64,000 nt of DNA, from contig NW_025963835.1 of assembly GCF_023055435.1 (NCBI RefSeq), positions 11,408,001 through 11,472,000 of the forward strand, read 5' to 3'. Positions 51,724-64,000 of this stretch are shown piece by piece. Numbering within the stretch: the stretch's first letter is position 1; each line of letters begins with the position of its first letter. The notes under the pieces are model-generated. The model worked only from the letters and a program-made list of their open reading frames with translations. It was not told the DNA's origin and ran no database searches. This stretch comes from Haliotis rufescens (Eukaryota). A program made the translations under genes and the position numbers.

Positions 51724-52018
51724 CTGAAACAGAAACACAGCTACTGAATGCCACAGCATAGCCTGTTTATCAAGGGACTGTATTTCTATTAGACTGAATA
51801 GCTTGGTCGGTAAACTTTCTGAATTTCACCACCTCAATGACTAGTGAGTGAGTGAGTGAGTTAAAGTTTAACGTCACATCGGCAATATGTCAGCCATATC
51901 GTGACGAAACAAAATTTGACATTAACATATCAATGAAAAGTAAAAATGCAACATGACATAACTACAAGAATTCATTCATCCATCTTTCCTTTCTCCTCCA
52001 CCAATCTATCCCATACAT

Positions 52019-52283
52019 AGACCCGTGAAGATCCGCAGTAGGATAGGTCTTCAGCTACGCATGCTTGCTGTAAAAGGTGATTAAGTTTGTCGTAAGAAGC
52101 GACTAACGGGATCGGGTGGTCAGGCTCGCTGACTTGGTTGATGCATGTCATCTATCCCAATGGCGTGGATCGATGCTCAAGACGCCATTCACTGGACTGT
52201 CTGGCCCAGACTTGATTATTTACAGACCGCTGTCATATGGCTGGAATATTGCTGAGTGCACCATTAAACAACAAACTCTCTCA
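52019..52283 (+). mobile_element. SINE-like family C copy
   Basis: GACCCGTGAAGATCC...GTCGTAAGAAGCGACTAA...AAACAACAAA; CTATCCCAT on both flanks. Confidence 0.85.
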
Positions 52284-52286
52284 CTA

Positions 52287-52490
<204 letters not shown>

Positions 52491-52829
52491 TCACAAGTTA
52501 CAAGACAGAATCGAAAGCATCTTCAACAATCTTTTGTATCACTGTCCTAATCTAGATGGCAATATGAAAAGAATTAGAAGGTCTTAACACTGGATCACTA
52601 CAGAAGTAAAATTACCCATAAGGGCAGAAAATTCAGGTGTTATAACTTTCCGATAACTGTTCGGATCAGTTGAAGCGAAATGTCACACTGCTTCATTGTT
52701 GAGAACAATACAACGTGATGTTGTCTTCAACGTCACAAACTGACATATATAAGTATGTCACAATGCTTTTTCTTCTAATTTGTCATGTTATCAGTGAAAT
52801 ATAGCTCAAATATTAGAATATCATAAATA

Positions 52830-53103
52830 ATGTGTGTGTGTCTGTGTGAGTGTGTGTGCACTTATGCCCATTTAATATTGCTAGCCCACTGAGATACCAT
52901 GCCGCTGTTTAACATGAATACCCCCTTCAGACAGTTTTTTTACTCCAAGCCGACCAGTCCTTGTTTTAGCCCCTTAATGCCAAGCGCCAAGCAGGGTAAC
53001 AAGTACCATCACTGAACATCTTTTGGTATGATGCTTTGGGGGACTGAACTCCAAACCTTCCGCTCTCCGGGCTGACGCTCTACCACTAGACTATGGTCCA
53101 CCG
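52830..53103 (-). mobile_element. SINE family D (decayed tRNA head, ATGGTACTTGTTACCCTGCTTGGCGCTTGGCATTAAGGG core, (CA)n)
   Basis: Shared with 54405-54735; the core resembles my recollection of the Meta/MESC SINE domain (unverified). Confidence 0.75.
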
Positions 53104-53371
53104 GAGACAGAAGATGAGCTGATGTAGTTGCCATCTTTCCCAAATTACAGTTAGAATTTTGTTAAGATCTTCTGGTCGGGACACCAAACCCTGATGATAT
53201 GAATCATCTACAGTACATACAGCCATGTGATTCCGAAACTCCGTTAACATTTTTATCATTACGTTGTTATTTTGACTACAGCAACTTCCAATAATACGAG
53301 TGGAGTGTCTCGATTTGACAGATGCATCACCCTACATTGACTTCATACAAGTCACTAAACAAGACATGTAA

Positions 53372-53528
53372 AGCTTAAAAAAAATACTGAAATGGTTCTC
53401 GAGCAATGGCTTTTGAAAAAATAGTGCGGACAGGGGGGGTGTTGTTTAGGAAATGAAAACAAAACGTGCGGCAGACTTTATGATGATGCAGGCGGTGCCT
53501 GAGAACCAAGACTATATTTGTTTTAGCC
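53372..53528. mobile_element. Short MITE, same family as 55848-56077
   Basis: GGTTCTC...TGCCTGAGAACCAAGACT...TTTTAGCC shared. Confidence 0.65.
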
Positions 53529-53744
53529 AAAGTAGCAGAGTGTAAGGCTAAATGATGACCTTCTTTTTACAGGTTGTTGGAGTGTTGGCAGCTCAACCTT
53601 GGTGACAACAGGCTGTATAAATATGGAGGAAGGAAACAGTCACACTTGTGTCTGGCAATAAATAGGATTTTAATACTATCGATCCAATTGATATCATAAA
53701 ACATTTTTTATCCTTCTTGGTTGAAATCTTTCAACAAGACCCAC

Positions 53745-53894
53745 CTAGTTTGACGGTGCCATTTTCAGTGAGTAGAATGTTGCCTGCCTTGACATCTCGG
53801 TGAATCTTGTCCTGGCTGTGGAGGTAGGTTAGACCCTGAAGGGCATCGTGACAAATTGCCGCTATTTCCAGCTCCTTTAAGGGCATCTTTAAAA
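53745..53894 (-). CDS. TAOK: TAO coding exon 5 (V)[15 protein letters not shown]...[20 protein letters not shown]
   Basis: tag|TT TTA ... CTA G|gtgggt; 150 nt. Confidence 0.95.
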
Positions 53895-54039
53895 CTAAAA
53901 ATCAAGAAGAGGCCATTGTGAATTACTGCAGTCAACATTCGAGTGAATCAGTCAAAGTTTAGTTTCCACTGCTACTTGAGTGTATCATTACAACACCTGT
54001 ATCATTAGACATGGGAACAGCCTGACACGTGCAGCGTAC

Positions 54040-54085
54040 CTTCAATAATGTCGGATGCAGATCCAAGGCAGTATTCCATAACAAG
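54040..54085 (-). CDS. TAOK: TAO coding exon 4 LVMEYCLGSASDIIE
   Basis: cag|CTT GTT ... GAA G|gtacgc; 46 nt. Confidence 0.95.
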
Positions 54086-54404
54086 CTGAAACACAAAAAA
54101 AAACAACGATTACTAGAACATTGCAAATTAAGTCGTATGTGTAGGTTTCCTCACAAGATTTCTAATAGTAGATGCCATGGTAATGACATGCAATATGTAT
54201 GTTGTTTTCGCAGGTTTCAGCACAAGAAAGGCCCCAATTTTCAGGCCATCAGGACCGTAGAGATGAAAGGGACTATTTCCACTATAATGCCCTGATAGTA
54301 TGGCAACAGTACCCCACATTATTACAATAGTTTTGAGCCAGTTGTCAACAACTGCAAAAGTATTGATTAAACCAACTTTAAGGCTTGACAGCTAAATTAA
54401 TCAG

Positions 54405-54465
54405 GTGAGGTGAAATGGGGTTTAACGTCGCGTCCAAGATTATTGCACTTATATAGCAACGTGCA

Positions 54466-54497
<32 letters not shown>

Positions 54498-54735
54498 GCT
54501 GCTTGTACTAGTCCGGACTGATGCCGATTTATAGTGCTAGCTCACTGAGATACCATGCCGCAGTTTAACATGAATATCCCACACAGACACAGTATACTGA
54601 CTCCGAGCCGACCAGTCCTTGTTTTAGCCCCTTAATGCCGAGAGCCAGACAGGGTAACAACAAGTACCATCTTTTAACGTCTATTGGTATGACACAGCCA
54701 GGTAGACGCTCTACCACAAGACCACGGAGGTGGTC
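54405..54735 (-). mobile_element. SINE family D copy
   Basis: CACTGAGATACCATGCCGC...GCCGACCAGTCCTTGTTTTAGCCCCTTAATGCC shared with the 52830 copy. Confidence 0.78.
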
Positions 54736-55279
54736 CTATATTAATCAATGTAATAGAAATGAACAAAGTATTGCCAGCAAAGTCAAAGTTGGCCATTTTC
54801 CTCCCTGTTGCAACTAAAACCAAAGGGAAGTAACTCTAATCTGAAGTTGTAAACCTTGCTTATTGACACGACAGATTTGAAATTTGACCGCAAAAACTAA
54901 GTTACATTTTATTTATAAGTCATTACGACTATCGAAACTATCAACTGTTATGCATACTATTGATGATATCCAAAGTGTTTTTAAATTCCTATCGATGTAA
55001 TTTAAACGCAGGGCAAACATTTGTAATCCATCAATATCTCATTACACTTGTATCAAAGCTAATCATGATGAACTTGACTTCATTTTAAATGTTTGTTTGT
55101 TGTTAACGCTGCACTCAGCAATATTCCAGCTATATGACAGTAGTCCGTAAATAGTAGCCTCTTACAACACATCATCTGACTTGAGTCAAAAGCTCTGAAC
55201 AATTCAGTTTAGTGTGGGAGGAAAGCCTGAAGCGGTGCAGGTAGATGTCAATGAGTTTGTTGAAAGCTGTCATACACAC

Positions 55280-55381
55280 CCATGCTGTATGCTCCTTCAA
55301 GTAACAGCCACGGTAATCAATGGTGTGCCTATGTTTCAGCTGCTTGATGAACCGGACTTCTTTCAAGATATCTTGCCATTT
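55280..55381 (-). CDS. TAOK: TAO coding exon 3 KWQDILKEVRF...YLKEHTAW
   Basis: cag|AAA TGG ... TGG|gtgtgt; 102 nt. Confidence 0.95.
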
Positions 55382-55659
55382 CTGGAAAAATTGTCACATT
55401 CAATCAGCATTAATTCCTTACACTGAATCTTCATGCTGCAGACTAAAGTGTTTCGAGGAGACTTAATTTCACATTAAGATGAAATATTTAATATTTTTCC
55501 ATTACATATATTCTAGACAATATTCTTGTACAATCAATTTATTTCTCCAAATTGTCAATATTATTTACTGTGTGAAACTGGACTTATATTGAGGAAATAT
55601 TTGCTTAAAACAAGCATGTGGCAGACAACTAACAGCAAGGCAAGATGTGGATTACTCAC

Positions 55660-55731
55660 GTCAGCTGATCCTTTGCCATTGTATGACATCTTCTTGATGG
55701 CAACAATCTCATTGGTGTGGACATGTCTGGC
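55660..55731 (-). CDS. TAOK: TAO coding exon 2 ARHVHTNEIVAIKKMSYNGKGSAD
   Basis: cag|GCC ... GAC|gtgagt; 72 nt; VAIK lysine. Confidence 0.95.
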
Positions 55732-55847
55732 CTGTTAGAAACAACATCATCATCATCATCATCATCATTAGTTATGTTAATATACAAACAGCATTAAATT
55801 AAGGCCTAAAAATGATATGGCTCCAATTAACTGCAATCTTACTTTAA

Positions 55848-56077
55848 GGCTTAAAAAACAAAAGAATTGGTTCTCAGGCAATGTTTTTTGAAAATATAGT
55901 GAAGATGGGCTGTGTCTTTTTCTTCTTTTGATTTTTTTTTTTTTGGAGGGGGGCGTGGGTGTGTGTGTATGTAATCAATAAAAAAATTTTTACAAATGGA
56001 AATAAAAACGAAACGTGCAGTGAACTTTATTATAATGCAGGCAGTGCCTGAGAACCAAGACTGGTTTTTGTTTAGCC
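55848..56077. mobile_element. Short MITE with GG..CC termini and TAA flanks
   Basis: GGCTTAAAAAAC..TTGGTTCTCAGGCA / TGCCTGAGAACCAA..TTTTTGTTTAGCC inverted repeats. Confidence 0.7.
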
Positions 56078-56479
56078 TAAGGCACAAACATGTTTTTCAT
56101 TGGACTTACTGTCCATGCTGCTCTAGGCGGAACAAAGTGGAATTTTAGCGAACACTATAAATACAAAAATTCAGCACTGTTGACCTAACTTCTGCCTTTG
56201 AATCCGTTTAAAAAAGGTAAGTCAGTATGTTGGCTTTGACATCACTTCGAACAATAAATAAAGTGGGTCAGCTTTATGTGAGGGGAAAGCCCAAAGCGAC
56301 CAAGGTTGTGTGTAGTAACTATTTTTGTGAAACCCACCTACACATGCATAGAGCTGACACACCAAAAATAAAAACTGAACCTATAACTAGCAGATCCTGT
56401 CATCTAGGATATGCATTTTTGCACAAAAAGTTGTGTTGCCATAAACCATAGATCCATCGTAAAAAGAGAAACAACTTAC

Positions 56480-56605
56480 AAAGTAGACAGCCCCAAAGCT
56501 CCCGTGTCCTATCTCACGGAGGTCCGTGAAAATCTTCTCCGGATCCTCCGTGGAAAACAGTCCGGCTACATCAGGGTCTTTGAGGCTGCCTGGTTTGGAG
56601 GGCAT
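56480..56605 (-). CDS. TAOK: TAO coding exon 1 [42 protein letters not shown]
   Basis: ATG in good context (GCCATG), donor TTT|gtaagt; the exon probably extends as 5'UTR to an acceptor at 56740. Confidence 0.95.
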
Positions 56606-56651
56606 GGCGGGGGCAGGTGCAGCACTGGCACTCCGCGGCAGCGGCCGCCCT

Positions 56652-56711
56652 CTACCTCTCTCGACAGTTGTAGCGGGGAAGTGGCTCGCCGCCAGGGCAC
56701 GTTAGCGGCAT
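56652..56711 (-). promoter_or_regulatory. Upstream ORF (19 aa, [19 protein letters not shown]) in the GC-rich TAO 5'UTR
   Basis: ATG at 56711, TAG ending at 56652; out of frame with the main ATG and ending 46 nt before it. Confidence 0.5.
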
Positions 56712-57614
56712 AGATCACACTTGATAAGTTGCACCTCCGCCTGAATCACAACATACAAACTTATTACAAACATGCATGGTAAGACATAGTTCGTACAAAA
56801 CCTGCTACAAACTTGAGGTATTCTTAAGGCCTAGTCTGGGGAATCATCAAATAATTTGTTCAAGGATTAAAGTATGACACCAGTGTGCTTTCAAACATAT
56901 TCACCAGAAAGGCTCTATTTGCACATCCATATACACCAAATAAATATTTCAGTTCTTACGCCTGTGTTTCACATACAATATTATTTTTATGACAAACTTA
57001 TTATTTGCTACATGATGTCATCACACCTTATAAAATAAATGAATAATTGTAAGAAAAGTATTTAACAGCCAACATTGGTTGACAAATTCAAGGAATTTTT
57101 GAGGACACGTTTAGAAAGTGTTACATTTTGAAAGCATCATGAAATCTAAGACCTTTTCAAAACTGAACTTCCAGATTCAAGGCCTCTTAAAGCCTCTGCA
57201 AACCTTGTGACAAAAAACTAATTTGACTCAAAATCATGCGTGCATTCAACACTCTCACTTTTAGTGATACTTTTCAGTTGTAATAAATATTCTTAACATC
57301 AGATTTGTTTAAAAATATATTCCAGATTTTCTTCAAGTTTACACAGTTTATAAGCTACTGGTGATTGAACTCTCATCATCCCTATTGTCTTGAAAAAAAA
57401 CCCAATCCATTTGACCCTAAAACGCCTAATTCCATGACATTACTTTTTCAAACAAAATATTTTCAGAACATAAATATTTTCAGAACATAAATATGCCAAA
57501 AACTTGCAGTTTCTGTCTTTTCAATATAAGTATCCATACAAAGCATGCAAAGTACTATTTAGTTAGAGAATTGTCAACAGAAAACCGAATAAAATAGAAA
57601 TAGTTTTTCTGTTT

Positions 57615-58145
57615 TGGGACATCTTCCCGAAGCAAGAGAGTTAACTGACTTTAAAAGTCCACTTTCTACCCTTGCCGAACTATCCTGGAATTCCTGGGCT
57701 CGATCATAGCGCCACCAGTGGTTATTACGAGTTATGTCCCTTCTAAACCTCTCCTATGGACCAATCAGATTCCACCTCACGTATCACTTGCATTTGATTA
57801 AAACAAGACGATCTGATCGATAATCAAGATCTCTATTGTGATGAAACGGGTCTTACATCGCAAAGTGCATCAGATCACGTGAGCACCTTGATTAAAATCA
57901 TGAAAAGATTTGGAAAATATCTGTTGACAAGGAGTTGGCGGTGCACATGCTTTGCAAATCCTGCAATCGACCGAAATCACCACGACAGTTTCTTAACTGG
58001 ACTTCGATTTTGTTACGCAATTTGATTGAACTATGCATAGACTCGTTAGCCCAGCCAAAATTTAATTCCATAATACCAGCCTAGTTCGGCAAGGGTGGAA
58101 ACTGGACTTTTATAGTCTGTTAACTCACTTGCCTGGGGAAGATGG
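57615..58145. mobile_element. Fold-back MITE
   Basis: CATCTTCCC..GAGTTAAC..AAAAGTCCA..ACCCTTGCCGAACTA mirrored by TAGTTCGGCAAGGGT..TGGACTTTT..GTTAACTC..GGGAAGATG. Confidence 0.75.
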
Positions 58146-60083
58146 TTTTGGGATAAAAGAGCAAACAATATCTCCTTGTATTTTCAACTTACTATTTATT
58201 GGCAACATCCTAATGCACACTGCACTTGCCAAAACCTCATTTTCTGAAGATTTTAGTGTTAATGTAAGGATTTCGCATTTGCATTGATTACTAAACCGAA
58301 CGGAAGTTTACTAGACTCGGGCTTCGGACAAGAGGCTAAAGTCACAGACTGTGTACATGATCAGGATAATAATGATCCTAAAATCGCATCTAAAAGTTTG
58401 TGAATGTTAACACAGATGCATGTGATTCTACCATAGCAGTGAATGTGATCAAGTTAATATAATCACCACAATCTATAACATTAGTATTGTATTTAACTTT
58501 CAATACCAAATACTGACACAGGCAGACAGGTTTTCATGAATTCACTTTGGTGGTCATAAAGAGGGCCGTGGATCACTTCCATGGAGAGACGGCAGTGAAG
58601 GCTTTTCACAGACAAACAAATTGAATTTGAAAAGAGGCCATTGAAATTGAAAACTCAATGTTTATACAGTACTAGACATAAACAGTAGTTCTCGTAGTCG
58701 ACTATTTGATCAACACTAGCCAAGGTACGGGAGTAAATATCACAGAGGGTATTTATATTATAATGATTAAATATGTACAATGTTCTGATAAAAAAACAAC
58801 AACATGAAATGCAGAATTAACATGATTAAAACCAAGAAGTTACAGTGTTTGAAATTAAGCAATAAAGTAAAAAGGTCCTGTCACAACCCCAATATTAAAA
58901 GTTGAAGATTTAACTTTAAGGGGCCCCCTAGACTATACATGATAGAAGACCTCAAGAACCCCAGGACGCCCCTTTAACATTGTTTAATTTTATTGTATAT
59001 TAGGTATTATATTTGAAAGTTTTATATTAGTTTGATACTATGAAATGTACATGAAAAAGGTTTTAATATTTGAGCTTTTATTATGAAATCGTATTTCAGT
59101 TAAAACAATGTGTGTGATCTCAATATTCGACTTGGAGGAGAGCCCACAATGACAAAGGTCACAGACATTTAACAACCAGCTGACATGGCAGAGCCATGGC
59201 ACTACACAGACCAGCAGGGCTCGATTTAAGGAACTTGATTTAACTTGCACCAGGTGCATGTCCACATGAAAACCAAGTTGCACCAGACAAAACCAGGCTG
59301 CACCTGGTCCCATAAACTTATGAAAGTTGAAACAAAGGCTGGTCTGCTGCCAGTCACACAAACTAATGGCGCATTGCTGTAAAACATAATAGGAACATGT
59401 GCACATAATATTAAAGTACCCACAGTTTGATGATGTCAAGCCTACAAGAAAGCATGACAAGTACATGTGATCAGGGATTAGTGGTGTAGTGTGCTGAATA
59501 AACTTGCGAGGTACTGAGTATGTTCAAAGATAAATTGTGTGTGGACAAAAAAGGTTCTGTCAAACACAAATTTGAAATGTTTGACGTGCACTTGATGCAT
59601 GTAGACATGAATATTAGGTTGCATTTTCTAATAATAGGTTGCACTTGGGCAATTTAATAAGCTAAACTGAGCCCTGACGAGGGTCATTAATGGGGCAGGT
59701 CTGTGATTTGAAAGAATGGACAGGAATGTGCAAACTCCAAAATTAAGCATGAAAGTGAATGGGTCCTTGTTATTACCCAATTGAAAGTTCCATTGTAACA
59801 TAAGACAGCTTGTCCCAGATTAGTAAAATTCCATAAGGACTAGCTCTGTAGTAGATCATTTTTGCAGAAAAGTAAAACTAAAAATTAATTTCTAACCATG
59901 TAGAACGTTGATTGTTCAAGACTGACATGACCCAATGATTAAAACTCAAGGACGCTCAGTAAAACGCTGATAGCGTGACAAGTGGTCACTATCTACTTCC
60001 CTGTCCTAAGATAGTAGCAACCTGATATAAGATTTACTGTCAAATTGAAGTACCGAATATTTTCAATATTATCCGATACTAAA

Positions 60084-60270
60084 GAAGAGGATTTATAGAT
60101 GTCTACTTCTTTATTATGTGCAACACAACGTTTTTAGAGTATATACTTACTCCTTCATTACGTGAATGTTCTCCGAAACGTTGTGTTCGTCATAATAAAG
60201 AAGTTGATATCCATAAATTCTCTTCCTCATGTGTATCACCTCTAAATGCCTTTCAAAGACTCGTTTATCA
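60084..60270. mobile_element. Penelope-like element terminus in inverted duplication, with a decayed hammerhead core
   Basis: Inverted arms 60084-60139 and 60171-60225 containing (CG)AAACGTTGTG...AATAAAGAAG; the - strand arm reads GTAATGAAGGAGTAAGTATATACTCTAAAAACGTTG. Confidence 0.6.
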
Positions 60271-60737
60271 GGTAATGTTGTGAAACATCTGAGGTCAAAC
60301 TTAGGTCACAATACGATATGTATTGCGATGCCCTTATTTACGTCAAATCACATGGAAAGGTCTTGACAAAATATATTTCAGAGCAGGTTCAAAAGTAAAG
60401 GCCAGCTGTAGACACATGTTCATAGGGGCTATTTTCAGTAGTAAACTTGAAATACTAATCATGCCAATTACAACACATTGTGCGATATCCAACTCACAGA
60501 AAGGCTGAGGTCATTAAACGAGAAGTAAGATATATTTTAGCAAGTGTGTTGTCTTGTATCAATACATATGTATCATGCACCGCATCTTCACAAAAAAAAG
60601 AAGTTACAATGCACCGATGTGCCATGCATCTGTAATCTTTTATGAAGGCTAAAGCTACATAATGAGACCATATACATAAACATGTTATTCCCACAGTACC
60701 CTGGAAAGAGGTCATAAACATAACCTCAAACAAACAT

Positions 60738-62565
60738 ACAGTTGTTAGGAGGGCACTTTACAAAGAGATCAGTGACATAAGCACAAACTTAGTCTACAGT
60801 CAGTTGTGAGGAGGGTACTTTGTGAAGGGGGCCAAGACATAATCACAAACCTAAAGTCAGTTGTGAGGAGGGTACTTTGTGAAGGGGTCCGAGACATAAT
60901 CACAAACCTACAGTCAGTTGTGAGGAGGGTACTTTGTGAAGGGGGCCAAGACATAATCACAAACCTACAGTCAGTTGTGAGGAGGGTACTTTGTGAAGGG
61001 GGCCGAGACATAATCACAAACCTACAGTCAGTTGTGAGGAGGGTACTTTGTGAAGGGGGCGGAGACATAATCACAAACCTACAGTCAGTTGTGAGGAGGG
61101 TACTTTGTGAAGGGGGCCGAGACATAATCACAAACCTACAGTCAGTTGTGAGGAGGGTTCTTTGTGAAGGGGTCCAAGACATAATCACAAACCTACAGTC
61201 AGTTGTGAGGAGGGTACTTTGTGAAGGGGGCCGAGACATAATCACAAACCTACAGTCAGTTGTGAGGAGGGTACTTTGTGGACAGATCAGAGACATAATC
61301 ACAAACCTACAGTCAGTTGTGAGGAGGGTACTTTGTGGACAGATCAGAGACATAATCACAAACCTACAGTCAGTTCTGATGAGGGTACTTTGTGAAGGGG
61401 GCGGAGACATAATCACAAACCTACAGTCAGTTGTGAGGAGGGTACTTTGTGAAGGGGGCGGAGACATAATCACAAACCTAGTCAGTTGTGAGGAGGGTAC
61501 TTTGTGAAGGGGTCTGAAACATAATCACAAACCTACAGTCAGTTGTGAGGAGGGTACTTTGTGAAGGGGGCGGAGACATAATCACAAACCTACAGTCAGT
61601 TGTGAGGAGGGTACTTTGTGAAGGGGGCCGAGACATAATCACAAACCTAAAGTCAGTTCTGAGGAGGGTACTTTGTGAAGGGGGCCGAGACATAATCACA
61701 AACCTACAGTCAGTTGTGAGGAGGGTACTTTGTGAAGGGGGCCGAGACATAATCACAAACCTACAGTCAGTTGTGAGGAGGGTACTTTGTGAAGGGGGCG
61801 GAGACATAATCACAAACCTACAGTCAGTTGTGAGGAGGGTACTTTGTGAAGGGGGCGGAGACATAATCACAAACCTAAAGTCAGTTCTGAGGAGGCTACT
61901 TTGTGAAGGGGGCGGAGACATAATCACAAACCTACAGTCAGTTGTGAGGAGGGTACTTTGTGAAGGGGGCCGAGACATAATCACAAACCTACAGTCAGTT
62001 GTGAGGAGGGTACTTTGTGAAGGGGTCTGAGACATAATCACAAACCTACAGTCAGTTGTGAGGAGGGTGCTTTGTGAAGGGGGCCAAGACATAATCACAA
62101 ACCTACAGTCAGTTGTGAGGAGGGTACTTTGTGAAGGGGTCCGAGACATAATCACAAACCTACAGTCAGTTGTGAGGAGGGTACTTTGTGAAGGGGGCCG
62201 AGACATAATCACAAACCTACAGTCAGTTGTGAGGAGGGTACTTTGTGAAGGGGGCCAAGACATAATCACAAACCTACAGTCAGTTGTGAGGAGGGTACTT
62301 TGTGGACAGATCAGAGACATAATCACAAACCTACAGTCAGTTGTGAGGAGGGTATTTTGTGAAGGGGGCCAAGACATAATCACAAACCTACAGTCAGTTG
62401 TGAGGAGGGTACTTTGTGAAGGGGGCCAAGACATAATCACAAACCTACAGTCAGTTGTGAGGAGGGTACTTTGTGAAGGGGTCCGAGACATAACCACAAA
62501 CCTACAGTCAGTTTTGAGGAGGGTACTTTGTGGACAGATCAGAGACATATACTACAAACTTACAG
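60738..62565. repeat. 57-bp minisatellite, ~31 copies
   Basis: Unit ACCTACAGTCAGTTGTGAGGAGGGTACTTTGTGAAGGGGGCCGAGACATAATCACAA; source of the ORFs at 60769-62627. Confidence 0.99.
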
Positions 62566-64000
62566 CAAAGAGATCTGAGACTGAAAAAGTTCTTAGTCAG
62601 CTCAGTTTTTTTAATAGTTTCTTGTAAATTCCTCATCCACATAGAATGTCCTTTGCATAAAACATATCACAACAATGTCTTGAGCGGCAATTGATTCTGC
62701 CTGCCATGATGTTACAATGACGTATAAGTATTTATAAAATAATTATAACTGTCATTATTGTCAAGGTCTATTATTAAATTATTGGGAATAATTATGAAAT
62801 TATTTAACACAAGATTGATTATATTGATCCATCTTTCAGAGCAGCGGTGATCTCAGCATCTTCTTCCTTAAACATGTTCATGTTGTTAACAGTCATTTAA
62901 CTTGTTAAATACCAACAACAAAACAGTTAGGGAAATACAAGAGTGCTATGCTGCTTTTAACAGTATTCCAACAACATCACTGCGTGGGGGAAGAAAAATG
63001 AGCCCCACACACTTTTTTCTTGTGAGTAATCAAATCCTGATCTTTACCATGATGAGCCATTACCTTAAACATCAATCAACACTGAATTACAAAACATTAA
63101 TTACAAACACATGGTGCAGTGTTTTGTCTATTTCAAATACAAGCATGGTAAGTGTGGATAAACTTTGAAATTTCCAAAGTATCATTGCATCATTTGGGAA
63201 TGGAAAAAGAAAATGTCAAAATACTATTCTTATATTCATGACATGTGTCTTGTCATGTATGTGATGCACAGTGTGAGACCTTCTAGTTTATGCATTTCAT
63301 TCCAAATACTTGTGAGCATAACATATATTCAGAATCACCATCAGGAAATCTGAATGGACATTACTTTCATAAAACTAAGATACTAAACAACAGTCAACAC
63401 ATGCATTATACGAATGTGACTGAAATGCAATGTATAGCTACTCAATGGCATTAACAGTGGATCTATGATGTTAAAAGTAATTTAACAAAGTTTGAAACTC
63501 AATACTATGAATGTCTGTAGCATAATGTGACAACTTTGACATTTCAACAAGGTAAACATGGGGGTACATGGCAACTTTTTTTATGACAAGCATTAACTTA
63601 ACGAAATGTCAAATAGACACTGTGACATGCAAACGAAAGTAAAGTATTCGTGGTGATATGATCAGTTGCGCACGGGTAGCCGAATTTCTCGAACAAGGGT
63701 GTGTTGATTTCAAAGTAGGACGATCACAGACAAGCCAAGGGGAGTGTTAGCTGCTATGTCAACTCTTCGGTTAGCTGACCCCAAATAATTCTCCGTAGGT
63801 TATGATCACTATTGATTAGTACGACAAACTACGCCAAAACATACAGAATGTGACAATACATTGGATATAATGACTATCTGCACTACAACGATGCAACGAA
63901 CTGTATACAAGAATGTTTTCTATAATGAAGCACCTTGCAGTAAATTCCTTTCCGACCCAATATGGCGATTCAGACATGCGCCGTTAGGGGTTACGATTTT

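Noticed and set aside
60769-62627. Repeat-protein ORFs on both strands
   Set aside because: Products of the 57-bp tandem repeat, interrupted by a frameshift and a stop.

Overview
Eukaryotic, AT-rich, intron-rich animal DNA. A mollusc, possibly an abalone-like gastropod, is inferred from the SINEs with (CACT)n/(AAC)n tails; this is unverified. Two convergent protein-kinase genes fill the window. (1) The 3' part of a Nemo-like kinase (NLK, + strand) has 6 well-supported coding exons at 3471-17102, a non-canonical terminal exon from 17817 and a probable ~4.8 kb 3'UTR; its 5' exons lie upstream of the window. (2) A complete TAO kinase CDS (- strand) has 17 core exons at 56605-33345 (2676 nt, 891 aa), plus two in-frame candidate cassette exons (30 and 93 nt) that the ORF track does not join. 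Introns and the intergenic gap hold four tandem-repeat arrays (45, 22-26, 87/70 and 57 bp units), four SINE-like families, hAT and Tc1/mariner-type MITEs, fold-back elements, a deleted DIRS1-type tyrosine-recombinase retrotransposon that retains its ITRs and ICR, and a Penelope-like inverted terminus with a decayed hammerhead core. Most listed ORFs, including the 1139-aa one, are repeat or chance ORFs. I see no prokaryote-style novel system. The best leads are a U12-type acceptor in NLK, the TAO cassette exons with UGC and UGCAUG signals, a palindrome with three regular CTCG/CTCG internal loops, two unrelated arrays sharing CCTAGCTCACA at both ends of one intron, and the NLK-TAO adjacency. All exon coordinates were read by hand.
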